A DNA stretch of 64,000 nucleotides from a bacterium (GTDB taxonomy: Bacteria; Pseudomonadota; Alphaproteobacteria; Rs-D84; CACZYB01). The stretch covers positions 152 to 64,151 of the forward strand of contig JAILLX010000088.1 of NCBI GenBank assembly GCA_024692925.1, given 5' to 3'. Below the pieces are notes generated by a model that ran no database searches, was not told the DNA's origin, and worked only from the letters and a program-made list of their open reading frames with translations. Position numbers and translations under genes: made by a program. Of the stretch, positions 29,657-38,875 are shown piece after piece (within the stretch, counting starts at the first letter, position 1; each line of letters begins with the position of its first letter).

Positions 29657-29724
29657 ATTTTGGTTGACCCTTTTACTTTTCGTTATTATAATATCAAAAG
29701 GTGAGGAAAAAACAAGAGGGAAAA

Positions 29725-30672
29725 ATGGCAAATAAAAAAATCGATTCCGAAAGATATAATTTACCTGTGACTATTAAAGAGCTTGGCTCGTTCGCAACAA
29801 CATTGTTTGAATTTTCAACCGATGCAATGCTTGTATTGGATGCAGTTGGAAAAATTTCCGCAATAAACACTGCACTTTGCAACCTTATCGGTGATGAAAA
29901 GGAAAATATCATCGGTCGTATTCCAGACTTTTTATTTGCTGGACAATCTGATGTTTCATCATACAAAAATTTCATCCGTGATTTAATAAGTAATGGTTAT
30001 TGGTCAGGTCAAGTTTTCGGAAGAAATAAATCCGGTGCTGTTATTCCATTGGATTTACATTTTTCTGCGGTCTATAACGAACTTGGGGAGGCAAATCATT
30101 ATGTTGGAATTTGCTCTTCAATCTATTCTTATATATCACAAATGAACGAAATTTCGTTTGATCCAAACATTGATCCACTTACAAAAATTTACAACGCCAA
30201 CGCATTTTTGCACCGTTTGGAACATAATATTCACAAGATTGAAAAGGATATGTCTGTCCTTTCCCTTCTTTATATTGATATTGATAATTTCCACGAACTT
30301 GCAAAACAGGATAACTACCACGCAGGCGACATAATTCTTAAAAACCTTGGCTCTACACTTAAGGAAACATTGGAAGAAAGTGATACTGTTGCACGATTAA
30401 AAGGTGATATTTTCTGTGTTATAATACAGGATATTTATACACAAGAAAGTATTGATGAAATGGTAAACAAGATTTTTGCAAAAATTACAAAACCTTATGT
30501 CTTACACCCAAAAATTGAAAAAGTTTCCATCAGTATTGGTGTTGCAACATTCCCAATTTCTGGCGAAACACCACAAAACTTGCTTGCATCTGCCGCATCC
30601 GCCGCAAAGGAAGCAAAGGTCAAGGGTGGAAATCAAATTTCATACCACAAATTGTTAACTGATATTGAATAA
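29725..30672 (+). CDS. PAS domain / degenerate GGDEF domain protein (start at MANKK after an AGAGGG RBS)
   Basis: GGDEF fold (RLKGDIFCVI, ...SISIGVATFP) but the signature is KGDIF instead of GGDEF; N-terminal PAS-like segment. Confidence 0.7.
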   Translation: MANKKIDSERYNLPVTIKELGSFATTLFEFSTDAMLVLDAVGKISAINTALCNLIGDEKENIIGRIPDFLFAGQSDVSSYKNFIRDLISNGYWSGQVFGRNKSGAVIPLDLHFSAVYNELGEANHYVGICSSIYSYISQMNEISFDPNIDPLTKIYNANAFLHRLEHNIHKIEKDMSVLSLLYIDIDNFHELAKQDNYHAGDIILKNLGSTLKETLEESDTVARLKGDIFCVIIQDIYTQESIDEMVNKIFAKITKPYVLHPKIEKVSISIGVATFPISGETPQNLLASAASAAKEAKVKGGNQISYHKLLTDIE

Positions 30673-31533
30673 TTAAATTTTCTTTGAAAGTTCAAAAAAC
30701 ATCTCTGGGCTGATTTCTTCGGCCCTTTGTGTTTCTTTTATCCCAAGCACAGAAAATACTTTAAGCATTTCCTCTGCACTTGCAAATAATGGTTTAAGTG
30801 TTGAACGAACCATCTTTCTTCGTTCGGAAAATGCCTGTTTTACAACTTCGGTAAGTTTAAGCAAAAGTTCAGTTGATGGTTGAGTTGGTTTCGCACGAAA
30901 TTCCACAATACACGAAGTCACCTTTGGTGCCGGAGTAAAACAAGTCCTTGGCACTTTAAACAAAATTTTTACATCATTGGTAATTTGAGATACAATTGAA
31001 ATTCTGCCATAATCTTTTGTTTTTGGTTTTGCAGTAATTCTTTCCCCAACTTCCAATTGAAACATCAATGTCATAGAGTTAATAATATCCGCATCAAAAA
31101 GCCACTTCGCAGTCAAAGGTATTGAAACATTATACGGAAGATTTGCACAAATTCTGAAATCACAATCACTTGCATATTTAGATTTCAACATCTTAAAATC
31201 CACCAAAAGAGCATCAGATTCAATAATTTCCAACCTGTCGCCGTATGTTTGTTGAAGTTCCTTTAAAATACCGATTGCCCTGTTATCAAGTTCTATTGCA
31301 ATAACTTTTTTTGCATTATTTTTAAGCAAAGCTCGTGTAAGTCCAGCCGGTCCAGAACCAACCTCCACAACAACAGAATTTTGGATATTTGGAACCGATT
31401 TTGCGATTTTATCAGTCAAATTCAAATCCAAAATAAAATTTTGCCCCAATGATTTTAATGCTTTTAAATTATATCTTTCTATAAAATCCGAGATAGGAGG
31501 CAATCCATCATAATAATTTTCTGTCATCTTCAA
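30673..31533 (-). CDS. rsmA: 16S rRNA (adenine1518/1519-N6)-dimethyltransferase RsmA/KsgA
   Basis: 286 aa; GQNFILD, VVEVGSGPAGLTRALL SAM-binding motif, NLPYNVS. Confidence 0.9.
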   Translation of the reverse strand: MKMTENYYDGLPPISDFIERYNLKALKSLGQNFILDLNLTDKIAKSVPNIQNSVVVEVGSGPAGLTRALLKNNAKKVIAIELDNRAIGILKELQQTYGDRLEIIESDALLVDFKMLKSKYASDCDFRICANLPYNVSIPLTAKWLFDADIINSMTLMFQLEVGERITAKPKTKDYGRISIVSQITNDVKILFKVPRTCFTPAPKVTSCIVEFRAKPTQPSTELLLKLTEVVKQAFSERRKMVRSTLKPLFASAEEMLKVFSVLGIKETQRAEEISPEMFFELSKKI

Positions 31534-31601
31534 TTCTGTTGTTTTTTAGTTAACCTTATGGTATAATAACCTAAGTTTTTGAAATAAGAAAGGAGAAAAT
31601 T

Positions 31602-32102
31602 ATGAAATTTAAAAATGATATGGGTCGTTCCATGATGGAAATGATACTTTACCTTGGTTTAATTGTGGTTCTTACTGCATCAACACTAAAGATGTACGCT
31701 GACTCTGTTGAAAAAACCCGTATAATAAAATTTGAAAATCAGGTTGATGATTTAAGGGAGTATGTAAACACCTATTTCCTTGGCCGTCCACTTCCTACTG
31801 ATAACAATGTATATAAAACATCATTTGCAAATGCTATTGGCGGAACAACAAAACTTGATGACCCTTGGGGTGGTGTAATTACCCTAAAAACAATAGATGC
31901 AAATAAAAGTTTCAGTATGACCTTTACTGGCAAGGATCAAAAAACTTGCATCAACATTGGTAATACCTTACTTACAAAGGACAGTTTTTCTGTCACAATT
32001 GGTTCTGTTGCTCTTACTGGTGACAATTTAACTATTGCAAAGGTTGCCGAAAATTGTAAAACAACAAATAACACAATTATTGGTTCGTTTTATAAGAACT
32101 AA
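31602..32102 (+). CDS. prepilin-type N-terminal cleavage/methylation domain protein (pilin/pseudopilin-like)
   Basis: 166 aa; ..DMG|RSMMEMILYLGLIVVLTAS: Gly followed by Glu at +5 and a hydrophobic helix, the class III signal peptide pattern. Confidence 0.45.
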   Translation: MKFKNDMGRSMMEMILYLGLIVVLTASTLKMYADSVEKTRIIKFENQVDDLREYVNTYFLGRPLPTDNNVYKTSFANAIGGTTKLDDPWGGVITLKTIDANKSFSMTFTGKDQKTCINIGNTLLTKDSFSVTIGSVALTGDNLTIAKVAENCKTTNNTIIGSFYKN

Positions 32103-32278
32103 ACCTTAAAAAATACTTGATTTTTTTGAAAAGGTGGTGTACATTTACATCACCTTTCTGTTTGATAGATTCTTTTGAAATATGAAAAGGATTATTTTCA
32201 AGCGGATAATTCAAAGGATTTTGGCGGGCGTCAAAATTTAAAATTAAAACCTTTGAAAACCCATAAGGAGTATAAATT

Positions 32279-32623
32279 ATGGCATTTTACGAAACAGTAT
32301 TTGTTTTGAGACAAGATTTAACTTCACAACAAGTTGAAGATATTTCTAAAGATTTCAAAAAAATACTTTCCGATGGTAAGGCAAAATTACTTAAGGAAGA
32401 AAACTGGGGACTTCGTTCTCTTGCTTATAAAATCAACAAAAATAAAAAAGGTCATTATGTTCTTTTGGAAACAGAAGCACCTGCATCTGCAATTTCTGAA
32501 TTCGAAAGAAAGTTGGGCTTAAACGAAAACGTTTTAAGGTTTATGACAATTAAACTTGATAAACCATCCGAAGGTCCATCACCTATACTTTCACAAAAAG
32601 ATACAAAAGATGAAAGGAAATAA
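32279..32623 (+). CDS. rpsF: 30S ribosomal protein S6
   Basis: 114 aa; [14 protein letters not shown]...; rpsF-rpsR-rplI operon. Confidence 0.9.
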   Translation: MAFYETVFVLRQDLTSQQVEDISKDFKKILSDGKAKLLKEENWGLRSLAYKINKNKKGHYVLLETEAPASAISEFERKLGLNENVLRFMTIKLDKPSEGPSPILSQKDTKDERK

Positions 32624-32625
32624 AA

Positions 32626-32850
32626 ATGGCTATTCAAGAAAAAGTTATGAGAAAGAAAACAGATCCTTTAAAATCAGTTAACATTGATTATAAAGATGTA
32701 AAACTTCTAAGAAAATTTATTTCTGAACGTGGTAAAATTGTTCCAAGAAGAATTTCTGGTACATCTGCAAAAAGTCAAAGACAACTTGCAAATGCAATTA
32801 AACGTGCAAGATATATTGCATTATTACCATACGTTGCAAACAATGAATAG
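32626..32850 (+). CDS. rpsR: 30S ribosomal protein S18
   Basis: 74 aa; ..[45 protein letters not shown]. Confidence 0.9.
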   Translation: MAIQEKVMRKKTDPLKSVNIDYKDVKLLRKFISERGKIVPRRISGTSAKSQRQLANAIKRARYIALLPYVANNE

Positions 32851-32859
32851 GAGATAAAA

Positions 32860-33462
32860 ATGGAAGTTATTTTATTAGAAAAAGTTGGTAAACTTGGTCA
32901 TCTTGGTGACAAGGTTACTGTAAAAGATGGTTATGCAAGAAATTTCCTTATTCCTACAGGTAAAGCTTTGCGTGTGACAAAGGCAAACATCGAAATGTTC
33001 GAAGCACAAAAGGCTGAACTTGCAAAGAAAAGTGAAGAAGCTAAAAAAGTTGCTGAAACAATTTCTGCAAAAATCAATGGTAAATCTTTCGTTGTGATAA
33101 GACAAGCTGGCGACACTGGTCACCTTTATGGTTCTGTTTCAACACGTGATTTGGCTGCTGTTTTCAAAGCTGCTGGTGCTGATGTTGATTACACAAAAAT
33201 CACAATTGATACACCTATCAAAGAAATTGGTATTTACGAAGTAAAGGTTGCATTGCACCCTGAAATTGTTGATACTGTAAAAATTAACGTTGCAAGATCA
33301 GAAGAAGAAGCAAAAGTTGCTGAAATCACTGCTGAAAAAGAAGCTAAACTTGCTAAAGAAAAAGCTGAAAAAGCAAAAGCTGAAGCAAAGGCTGAAAAAG
33401 AAGCAAAAGAAGCTGAACTTGCAAAGGCTTCTGCTGAAAAGAAAGAAGAAGCAAACGCTTAA
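32860..33462 (+). CDS. rplI: 50S ribosomal protein L9 with Lys/Ala/Glu-rich C-terminal extension
   Basis: 200 aa; MEVILLEKVGKLGHLGDKVTVKDGYARNFLIP... Confidence 0.88.
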   Translation: MEVILLEKVGKLGHLGDKVTVKDGYARNFLIPTGKALRVTKANIEMFEAQKAELAKKSEEAKKVAETISAKINGKSFVVIRQAGDTGHLYGSVSTRDLAAVFKAAGADVDYTKITIDTPIKEIGIYEVKVALHPEIVDTVKINVARSEEEAKVAEITAEKEAKLAKEKAEKAKAEAKAEKEAKEAELAKASAEKKEEANA

Positions 33463-33483
33463 TTTGATTTTCTTTATAAAATT

Positions 33484-33512
33484 ATCCCCTCATTTTTCGA
33501 GGGGATTTTTTA
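33484..33512 (+). terminator. rho-independent terminator after rplI
   Basis: tcccctc...gagggga + T-run. Confidence 0.6.
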
Positions 33513-33594
33513 TTTCAGTAAATATATTTCAGTAAATATTATCAAAAAAATACCCCAGCCAAACCGACTGGGGATAAAACTTAAAAACAAGAAA

Positions 33595-33774
33595 TTAATC
33601 TCTTGTATATCTGCATTTCCAACCATTAGCCTTGTTTGTCTTCATAAAGCCATGGATATCATCAGTTGTTCGGATTGTTTGACCACCCTTTGTGCATTCA
33701 GCACCAGAAATTGTTCCTGCAAAAACATCCGAAGCAATTATTGAAAACAATGCAACTATAAATAATTTTTTCAT
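33595..33774 (-). CDS. small secreted protein (59 aa, 2 Cys), below the ORF-track length cutoff
   Basis: Hand translation MKKLFIVALFSIIASDVFAGTISGAECTKGGQTIRTTDDIHGFMKTNKANGWKCRYTRD*; signal peptide. Confidence 0.3.
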   Translation of the reverse strand: MKKLFIVALFSIIASDVFAGTISGAECTKGGQTIRTTDDIHGFMKTNKANGWKCRYTRD

Positions 33775-33840
33775 TTTATACTCCTTCTATTTTATTAGAA
33801 TACATTCTTATTTTATCATAATTTATTTTTTCAGTCAAAT

Positions 33841-33870
33841 AAAAAAATCGCCCTTAAAAACCAAGGGCGA
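33841..33870 (-). terminator. rho-independent terminator after the lipoprotein gene (minus strand)
   Basis: tcgccctt/aagggcga stem then T-run on the minus strand. Confidence 0.55.
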
Positions 33871-33890
33871 CTTTCTAAACTTTGTTGAAA

Positions 33891-35042
33891 TTATTTTTCG
33901 AATACACGAACTTCATCAAAATCAACATTTTCAGTCTTCATTGTGATTGCAACACGACTTGCAGGAAGACCCATTTCAGTCAAAGCATTCATAACAGCCT
34001 TAACATCTTTCTTTACATTTGCAGAAGGTTTTCCCTGAGGAGCAACACCAACAACTTCAAATGTAGCAGATGGATTTCTTTCCAATGAACGGCTTAATGC
34101 TTGATAAAGTGGTTCTTCGAATTCAACATTTGTCTTGTCAAATTTTACAACAGCAATAGGTCTTACAGCAACAGGTGCAGATACCTTTTCAACAACAGAT
34201 ACTGGTGCACGCATTGGAACCATAACGTTTCTGTCTTCCTTTACCATTGGTTGTCTTCTAGGAGCAGGAGCTCTTCTTGAAGCATAGCCATATTCTTGTT
34301 CATTTTCTTCCATGAAAGCATTGTATGCATCATCACTTGAGAACATTGAACCACCGTTTGCAAAGAAATCAGTTGATGAACCGCCCATACCATAAAGTTT
34401 TCCGTTCTTTATGTTAAGTGCAACATCATTAAGGTTGTATTTTTCATTTTCAACATATGCTTGTTGTCTTTCTGCTTCGGCATTAAGTTGACGAGCAAAG
34501 ATTGAAATATTTGAACCAATTTGTTTTGCTTCTTCTTCCAATGATTTCAATTGTTTGTGTTCATCTTCTGTTGCACCACGGATTTTGTATGATGCTTGGA
34601 TAGAACCAACCATATAGTCAACCATTGATTGATCAGATTCTACATCTGCAACAAGTCTTTTTATATCAAAAGCAATGTTGTTAATTTTTTCAAGTTTTGC
34701 ACGTGCTTCTTTCCATTCATCCATAAGTTCAGGATTTCCTGGTGTTGTGCCAAGTTGCAATTTTGAATTGATTTGAGCAACAGCACTTCTGTAGTCAGAA
34801 ACAGCAGTGTTTGTTTCGTTTCTCATAACTTGCAAAGCATCTTTTCTGCCATCAACAAGTTTTTTAAGTTCTGCTTGTTCAGAGCCAAAATTTGCAATTT
34901 TATTTTTGATAAAAGTACCATCAAATGCAGTTGATGATTCTTTTGCTGGTTTAGATGTTTCACTACCTGCGAATAATGTATCAGATGTTGAAGAACAAGC
35001 ACCCAAAACAACTACTGAAAGTAATGCTATAAGTTTTTTCAT
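33891..35042 (-). CDS. hypothetical lipoprotein with coiled-coil region
   Basis: 383 aa; lipobox VLGACSS; central coiled coil; Pro/Arg-rich linker; C-terminal domain of unknown type. Confidence 0.5.
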   Translation of the reverse strand: MKKLIALLSVVVLGACSSTSDTLFAGSETSKPAKESSTAFDGTFIKNKIANFGSEQAELKKLVDGRKDALQVMRNETNTAVSDYRSAVAQINSKLQLGTTPGNPELMDEWKEARAKLEKINNIAFDIKRLVADVESDQSMVDYMVGSIQASYKIRGATEDEHKQLKSLEEEAKQIGSNISIFARQLNAEAERQQAYVENEKYNLNDVALNIKNGKLYGMGGSSTDFFANGGSMFSSDDAYNAFMEENEQEYGYASRRAPAPRRQPMVKEDRNVMVPMRAPVSVVEKVSAPVAVRPIAVVKFDKTNVEFEEPLYQALSRSLERNPSATFEVVGVAPQGKPSANVKKDVKAVMNALTEMGLPASRVAITMKTENVDFDEVRVFEK

Positions 35043-35135
35043 TTGATAACCCCTTTGTGTTAAAGTTAATACCTGTTTTTATTTACAGTTGTTTAAATAA
35101 TAAAATATTTCTTTAAAAAAAGCAACATTTTCTTA

Positions 35136-35753
35136 TTATTTTTTTACATATTTCTTTATATAGTTAACAGCCTCTTTTGGAGTTTTAACTATTTTGAAAA
35201 ATTTTTTATTAGTTTCGGGAATAAATCCTGTTGAAATTAACGAGTCAACCAACTTTTCAAATGGTTTGAAAAAACCATCTACATCCAACAAGATAAGAGG
35301 TTTTTTAACAATATCTTTACCAAGTTTTTCCGGATCCTTGCTTCCGAAAAGTTTGTTATGTTTTGCAATTATTTCTTTGCTAACAAGTATTTCAAATAAC
35401 TCGTCAAATGTTCCAAATCCACCAGGAGAAACAATAAAAGCATCTGACGCATCAATAAATCCGCGTTTTCTTAGTTGTATATTTTTAACTATTTCAAATT
35501 TTGTTCCCTTAATAGGTTCTTCGAAATCAGCAATAATTTTTGTTGTAATACCAAAAATTTTACCCTTTAATGCCAAAACGCCATTGGCAACTTTTCCCAT
35601 TAAACCTTTTCCACCGGCACCATAAACAAGACGCATATTGTTTTTTGCAATAAGGTTGCCAACTTCTGCTACAACATCAGCATATTTTTTCTTATTACCC
35701 AATTCTGCACCACAAAAGACACATACAGAAATTTTCTTTTTTAAAATAGACAT
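35136..35753 (-). CDS. LOG family protein (cytokinin riboside 5'-monophosphate phosphoribohydrolase-like, TIGR00730)
   Basis: 205 aa; YGAGGKGLMG and SPGGFGTFDELFE (PGGxGTxxE) motifs. Confidence 0.85.
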   Translation of the reverse strand: MSILKKKISVCVFCGAELGNKKKYADVVAEVGNLIAKNNMRLVYGAGGKGLMGKVANGVLALKGKIFGITTKIIADFEEPIKGTKFEIVKNIQLRKRGFIDASDAFIVSPGGFGTFDELFEILVSKEIIAKHNKLFGSKDPEKLGKDIVKKPLILLDVDGFFKPFEKLVDSLISTGFIPETNKKFFKIVKTPKEAVNYIKKYVKK

Positions 35754-35874
35754 TTAGAGATTCCTTCTTATTAAAAAAATTTAACCATTTTCTATAATAT
35801 CAAATTTTATGCACTCTTTCAATAAAATACTTATTGATTTTTTAGAAAATGTCGTATATACTGTCTGCCATAAC

Positions 35875-35948
35875 GGTCGGTTGGCAGAGAGGCTATGCAG
35901 AGGACTGCAAATCCTTGTACACTGGTTCGAATCCGGTATCGACCTCCA
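35875..35948 (+). tRNA. tRNA-Cys (GCA)
   Basis: Acceptor GGUCGGU/AUCGACC, 3-bp D-stem with G13.A22 as in other tRNA-Cys, anticodon loop cuGCAaa, T-loop UUCGAAU, encoded CCA. Confidence 0.82.
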
Positions 35949-35973
35949 ACTTTATTTTTAAAGGAGTAAATTT

Positions 35974-36498
35974 TTGGCTGATAAAAACAATAGCTTATCG
36001 CTTAATGTAAATGAAAAAATTCGCGCTCGCGAAGTTCGCTTGATAAATCAAAATGGTGATAATGTTGGTATCGTTTCTGTGTCAGAAGCATTGAATATGG
36101 CACGCGATGCTGGACTTGATCTTCTTGAAATCTCACCACAGGCAAATCCACCTGTATGCAAAATTATGGACTATGGCAAGTGGAAGTATGAGGAACAAAA
36201 AAAACAATCAGAGGCGAAAAAGGCACAAAAGGTTGTTGAAACAAAAGAACTTAAAATCCGCCCAAACATTGATGTTCATGATTTTCAGGTTAAAATCAAG
36301 GCTGCAACTCGTTTTATTGAGGATGGAAACAAGGTTAAATTCACCGTTCGTTTCAAAGGTCGTGAAATCACAAATCAGGATTCCGGCATCCAACTTTTAA
36401 ACAGGGTTAAGGCTGAACTTGGCGATATTATAAAGGTTGATAAGGAACCAATGATGGAAGGCAGACAGATGATAATGTTTGTTGTTCCAAATAAATAA
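35974..36498 (+). CDS. infC: translation initiation factor IF-3
   Basis: 174 aa; IRAREVRLINQNGDNVGIVS..AL..A...GLDLLEISP.A.PPVCKIMDYGK. Confidence 0.9.
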   Translation: MADKNNSLSLNVNEKIRAREVRLINQNGDNVGIVSVSEALNMARDAGLDLLEISPQANPPVCKIMDYGKWKYEEQKKQSEAKKAQKVVETKELKIRPNIDVHDFQVKIKAATRFIEDGNKVKFTVRFKGREITNQDSGIQLLNRVKAELGDIIKVDKEPMMEGRQMIMFVVPNK

Positions 36499-36503
36499 AA
36501 TTT

Positions 36504-36531
36504 ACCCCGCCACAAGGTGGGGATTTTTTTT
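36504..36531 (+). terminator. rho-independent terminator after infC
   Basis: accccgcc...ggtgggga + T-run. Confidence 0.6.
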
Positions 36532-36599
36532 GATTTTCTTCTCATAGCAAAAACCTCCAAAATGTGCTATCTTTCTTTCAAGTGAAGGAGGAAAGATTT

Positions 36600-37196
36600 A
36601 TGGCAAATATTTTACTTATCTATGGTCATCCAAAAACACCAACCAGTTTTAATTTTGCATTAAAGGAAAAACTTGTTTCTGCGATAAAAAATAAGGGACA
36701 TAACATTCTTGTTCGTGATTTGTATGAGGTAAGTTTTAATCCGCTTTTGTCATCTGAAGATTTGGCAAAATTGCATAATAATGAAATTCCCGAAGATATA
36801 AAACAAGAGCAAGAATTCATAAAAAATGCTGATGTGATAATTTTCATTTATCCAATATGGTGGGCAGGAAGTCCCGCAATCATAAAGGGTTATATTGACC
36901 GAGTATTTTCCTATGGTTTTGCATATATGTATAAGGGGAGTAAAGTAGTCGGACTTTTGACTGATAAACGAGCTATTGTAATAAATTCTAATGGTTCACC
37001 CTATGACTTTTATAAAAACGAAGGATTCTATAGTGCCATTAAAAAAACTGTTGATGAAGGAATTTTCAAATTCTGTGGTTTTAAAAGGGTAAAACATCTT
37101 TTCTTTGGTGGGATTATGAATAAAACTATGGAAGAAAAAGATGAAAATATAAAACAGGCGATTGATGAAACAATTATCGAGATAGAGGCAAAATAA
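36600..37196 (+). CDS. flavodoxin-like fold NAD(P)H dehydrogenase (quinone) family protein (start at MANILLIYGHP after an AGGAGG RBS)
   Basis: ILLIYGHPK...SFN..L motif typical of Flavodoxin_2/NQO-like proteins. Confidence 0.65.
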   Translation: MANILLIYGHPKTPTSFNFALKEKLVSAIKNKGHNILVRDLYEVSFNPLLSSEDLAKLHNNEIPEDIKQEQEFIKNADVIIFIYPIWWAGSPAIIKGYIDRVFSYGFAYMYKGSKVVGLLTDKRAIVINSNGSPYDFYKNEGFYSAIKKTVDEGIFKFCGFKRVKHLFFGGIMNKTMEEKDENIKQAIDETIIEIEAK

Positions 37197-37197
37197 A

Positions 37198-37230
37198 ATT
37201 CCCCACCAAAGATGGGGAATTTTTTCTTTT
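37198..37230 (+). terminator. rho-independent terminator
   Basis: ttccccacc...gatggggaa + T-run. Confidence 0.55.
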
Positions 37231-37242
37231 AAACAGATACAA

Positions 37243-37947
37243 TTAGAATTGTACGCCATATTTCAATGTAAGAACATTGTCTATATCATCGATTTTTGCT
37301 TCATGAGTATAAGCCAATGACCATAGACCACCCTTTAGGTAATTTACTTGTGCAGTCACAGCCATTGAATTTTCATCATCTTGACCATACCAAGAGAATT
37401 CATCAACAATTGTATATTTAAGTCCAAGACTTGCAGATACACGATCATCAAATGAGTATGCACCTTCTAAACCAAGAACTATATTGTTTGTATCTGTATA
37501 ATCTTTTACATCGATATGTTCAACACCTGCTTGTGCAGCAAGAGTATATTTCTTTGTTTGTTTACCGAATTTCAAACCAGCATCCCATGCAGTATAATCA
37601 CCGATAACATCTTCATCTATTGCTGTTTGATAATGAGCATAGATATCAGAAATGAATGAACCTGATGAAAGTCTGTATGCACCACCAATGTTGAATGAAC
37701 CAAAGCCGTCTTCACCATCTTCTTTATCTTGATCGATATAGTTTACAAAGCCGTCAACAACCAATCTGTTTGTAATACCATAACCAAACTTTTGTTGCAA
37801 AGTATATTCTGTATCAGCTTTTGCAACTGATGTTTTTGAATAAAGTTTACCTTTTGCAGGTGCATAAAGTGGATCTTCCACATTTGCATTTGCAGCAGAT
37901 GAAACAGCTAAAACAGCAAGTAATGATAATAATGATATTTTTTTCAT
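37243..37947 (-). CDS. outer-membrane beta-barrel protein (porin/OmpW-like)
   Basis: 234 aa; signal peptide ending AANA; alternating amphipathic strands; C-terminal ...TLKYGVQF with terminal Phe. Confidence 0.6.
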   Translation of the reverse strand: MKKISLLSLLAVLAVSSAANANVEDPLYAPAKGKLYSKTSVAKADTEYTLQQKFGYGITNRLVVDGFVNYIDQDKEDGEDGFGSFNIGGAYRLSSGSFISDIYAHYQTAIDEDVIGDYTAWDAGLKFGKQTKKYTLAAQAGVEHIDVKDYTDTNNIVLGLEGAYSFDDRVSASLGLKYTIVDEFSWYGQDDENSMAVTAQVNYLKGGLWSLAYTHEAKIDDIDNVLTLKYGVQF

Positions 37948-38038
37948 ATTATATCTCCTTTTTTTAGTTTAACATACAAGATTTTCACCCTGTTGATAAG
38001 AATCTTATCCTAAAACAAGAAGATTGTAAAGAGTTTAT

Positions 38039-38821
38039 TTATCTTGAAAAATCAGTACTTTTGGATAATTGATTATCCATTTTCAAAAGTTCAAGCAACT
38101 TATTTTTACCCATTTCGAACATCTCGTCACGGCTTTTTGAAATATCATCCGACAATGCAATTTCAGTATTATCAGTTGGGGTTGAAACAACCTCCTCCTG
38201 TGGCATTGCGAAACTTGGTACTTCATCAACCTTTGTTTCAGGTTCTGAAAACGCTGGCACATCGGACATATTTTCAATAACCTCCTCCATAACCGGAGTA
38301 AATTCAGGAACTGCAAATTCAATATTATCCCCCAAATCCAATTCAGCTTCTGCCTTTTTAATTTCATCTGATGAAAAATCAACTGATGGTACAGAAAATT
38401 CCGGAACATCAGCAACACTATTTTCTTGTGGCATAGAAAAACTTGGCACTTCCTCCGCCATCTCCTCCTGTAGCATTGCGAAACTTGGTACTTCCTCAAC
38501 CTTTGTTTCAGGTTCCGAAAATGCTGGCACATCATCAACCTTAACTTCGTTTTGCACAGGATTTTCAGCAGTTTCTTTTACTTCTGGTTTTACTTCAACC
38601 TGACCATTTTCCAAACGGCTTCGTATTTCATTGACAAGTTGTTGATGCCTATCCTTAACAGAAATTTCTTCATCCTTTTTACGGCTTTCACCATAGCCAT
38701 CAGCCCATCTTGTTTTAAGTGGTTCCACATTCATAACGGATCTCATTTGTTCATCAGTAAGCCCGTATGATTTTTTCATATTTTCATATTCTTCAAGTGG
38801 TACTTGTCTTACTTCAGCCAT
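38039..38821 (-). CDS. acidic protein with internal ~80-aa tandem repeats (start at MAEVRQ)
   Basis: DVPAFSEPETKVEEVPSFAM.QEE... repeated twice; strongly acidic; no known domain. Confidence 0.45.
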   Translation of the reverse strand: MAEVRQVPLEEYENMKKSYGLTDEQMRSVMNVEPLKTRWADGYGESRKKDEEISVKDRHQQLVNEIRSRLENGQVEVKPEVKETAENPVQNEVKVDDVPAFSEPETKVEEVPSFAMLQEEMAEEVPSFSMPQENSVADVPEFSVPSVDFSSDEIKKAEAELDLGDNIEFAVPEFTPVMEEVIENMSDVPAFSEPETKVDEVPSFAMPQEEVVSTPTDNTEIALSDDISKSRDEMFEMGKNKLLELLKMDNQLSKSTDFSR

Positions 38822-38875
38822 AAAAAATTCTCCTTCTAAAACAGAAGTATAACACAAAAAATTTTTTATTTCAAA

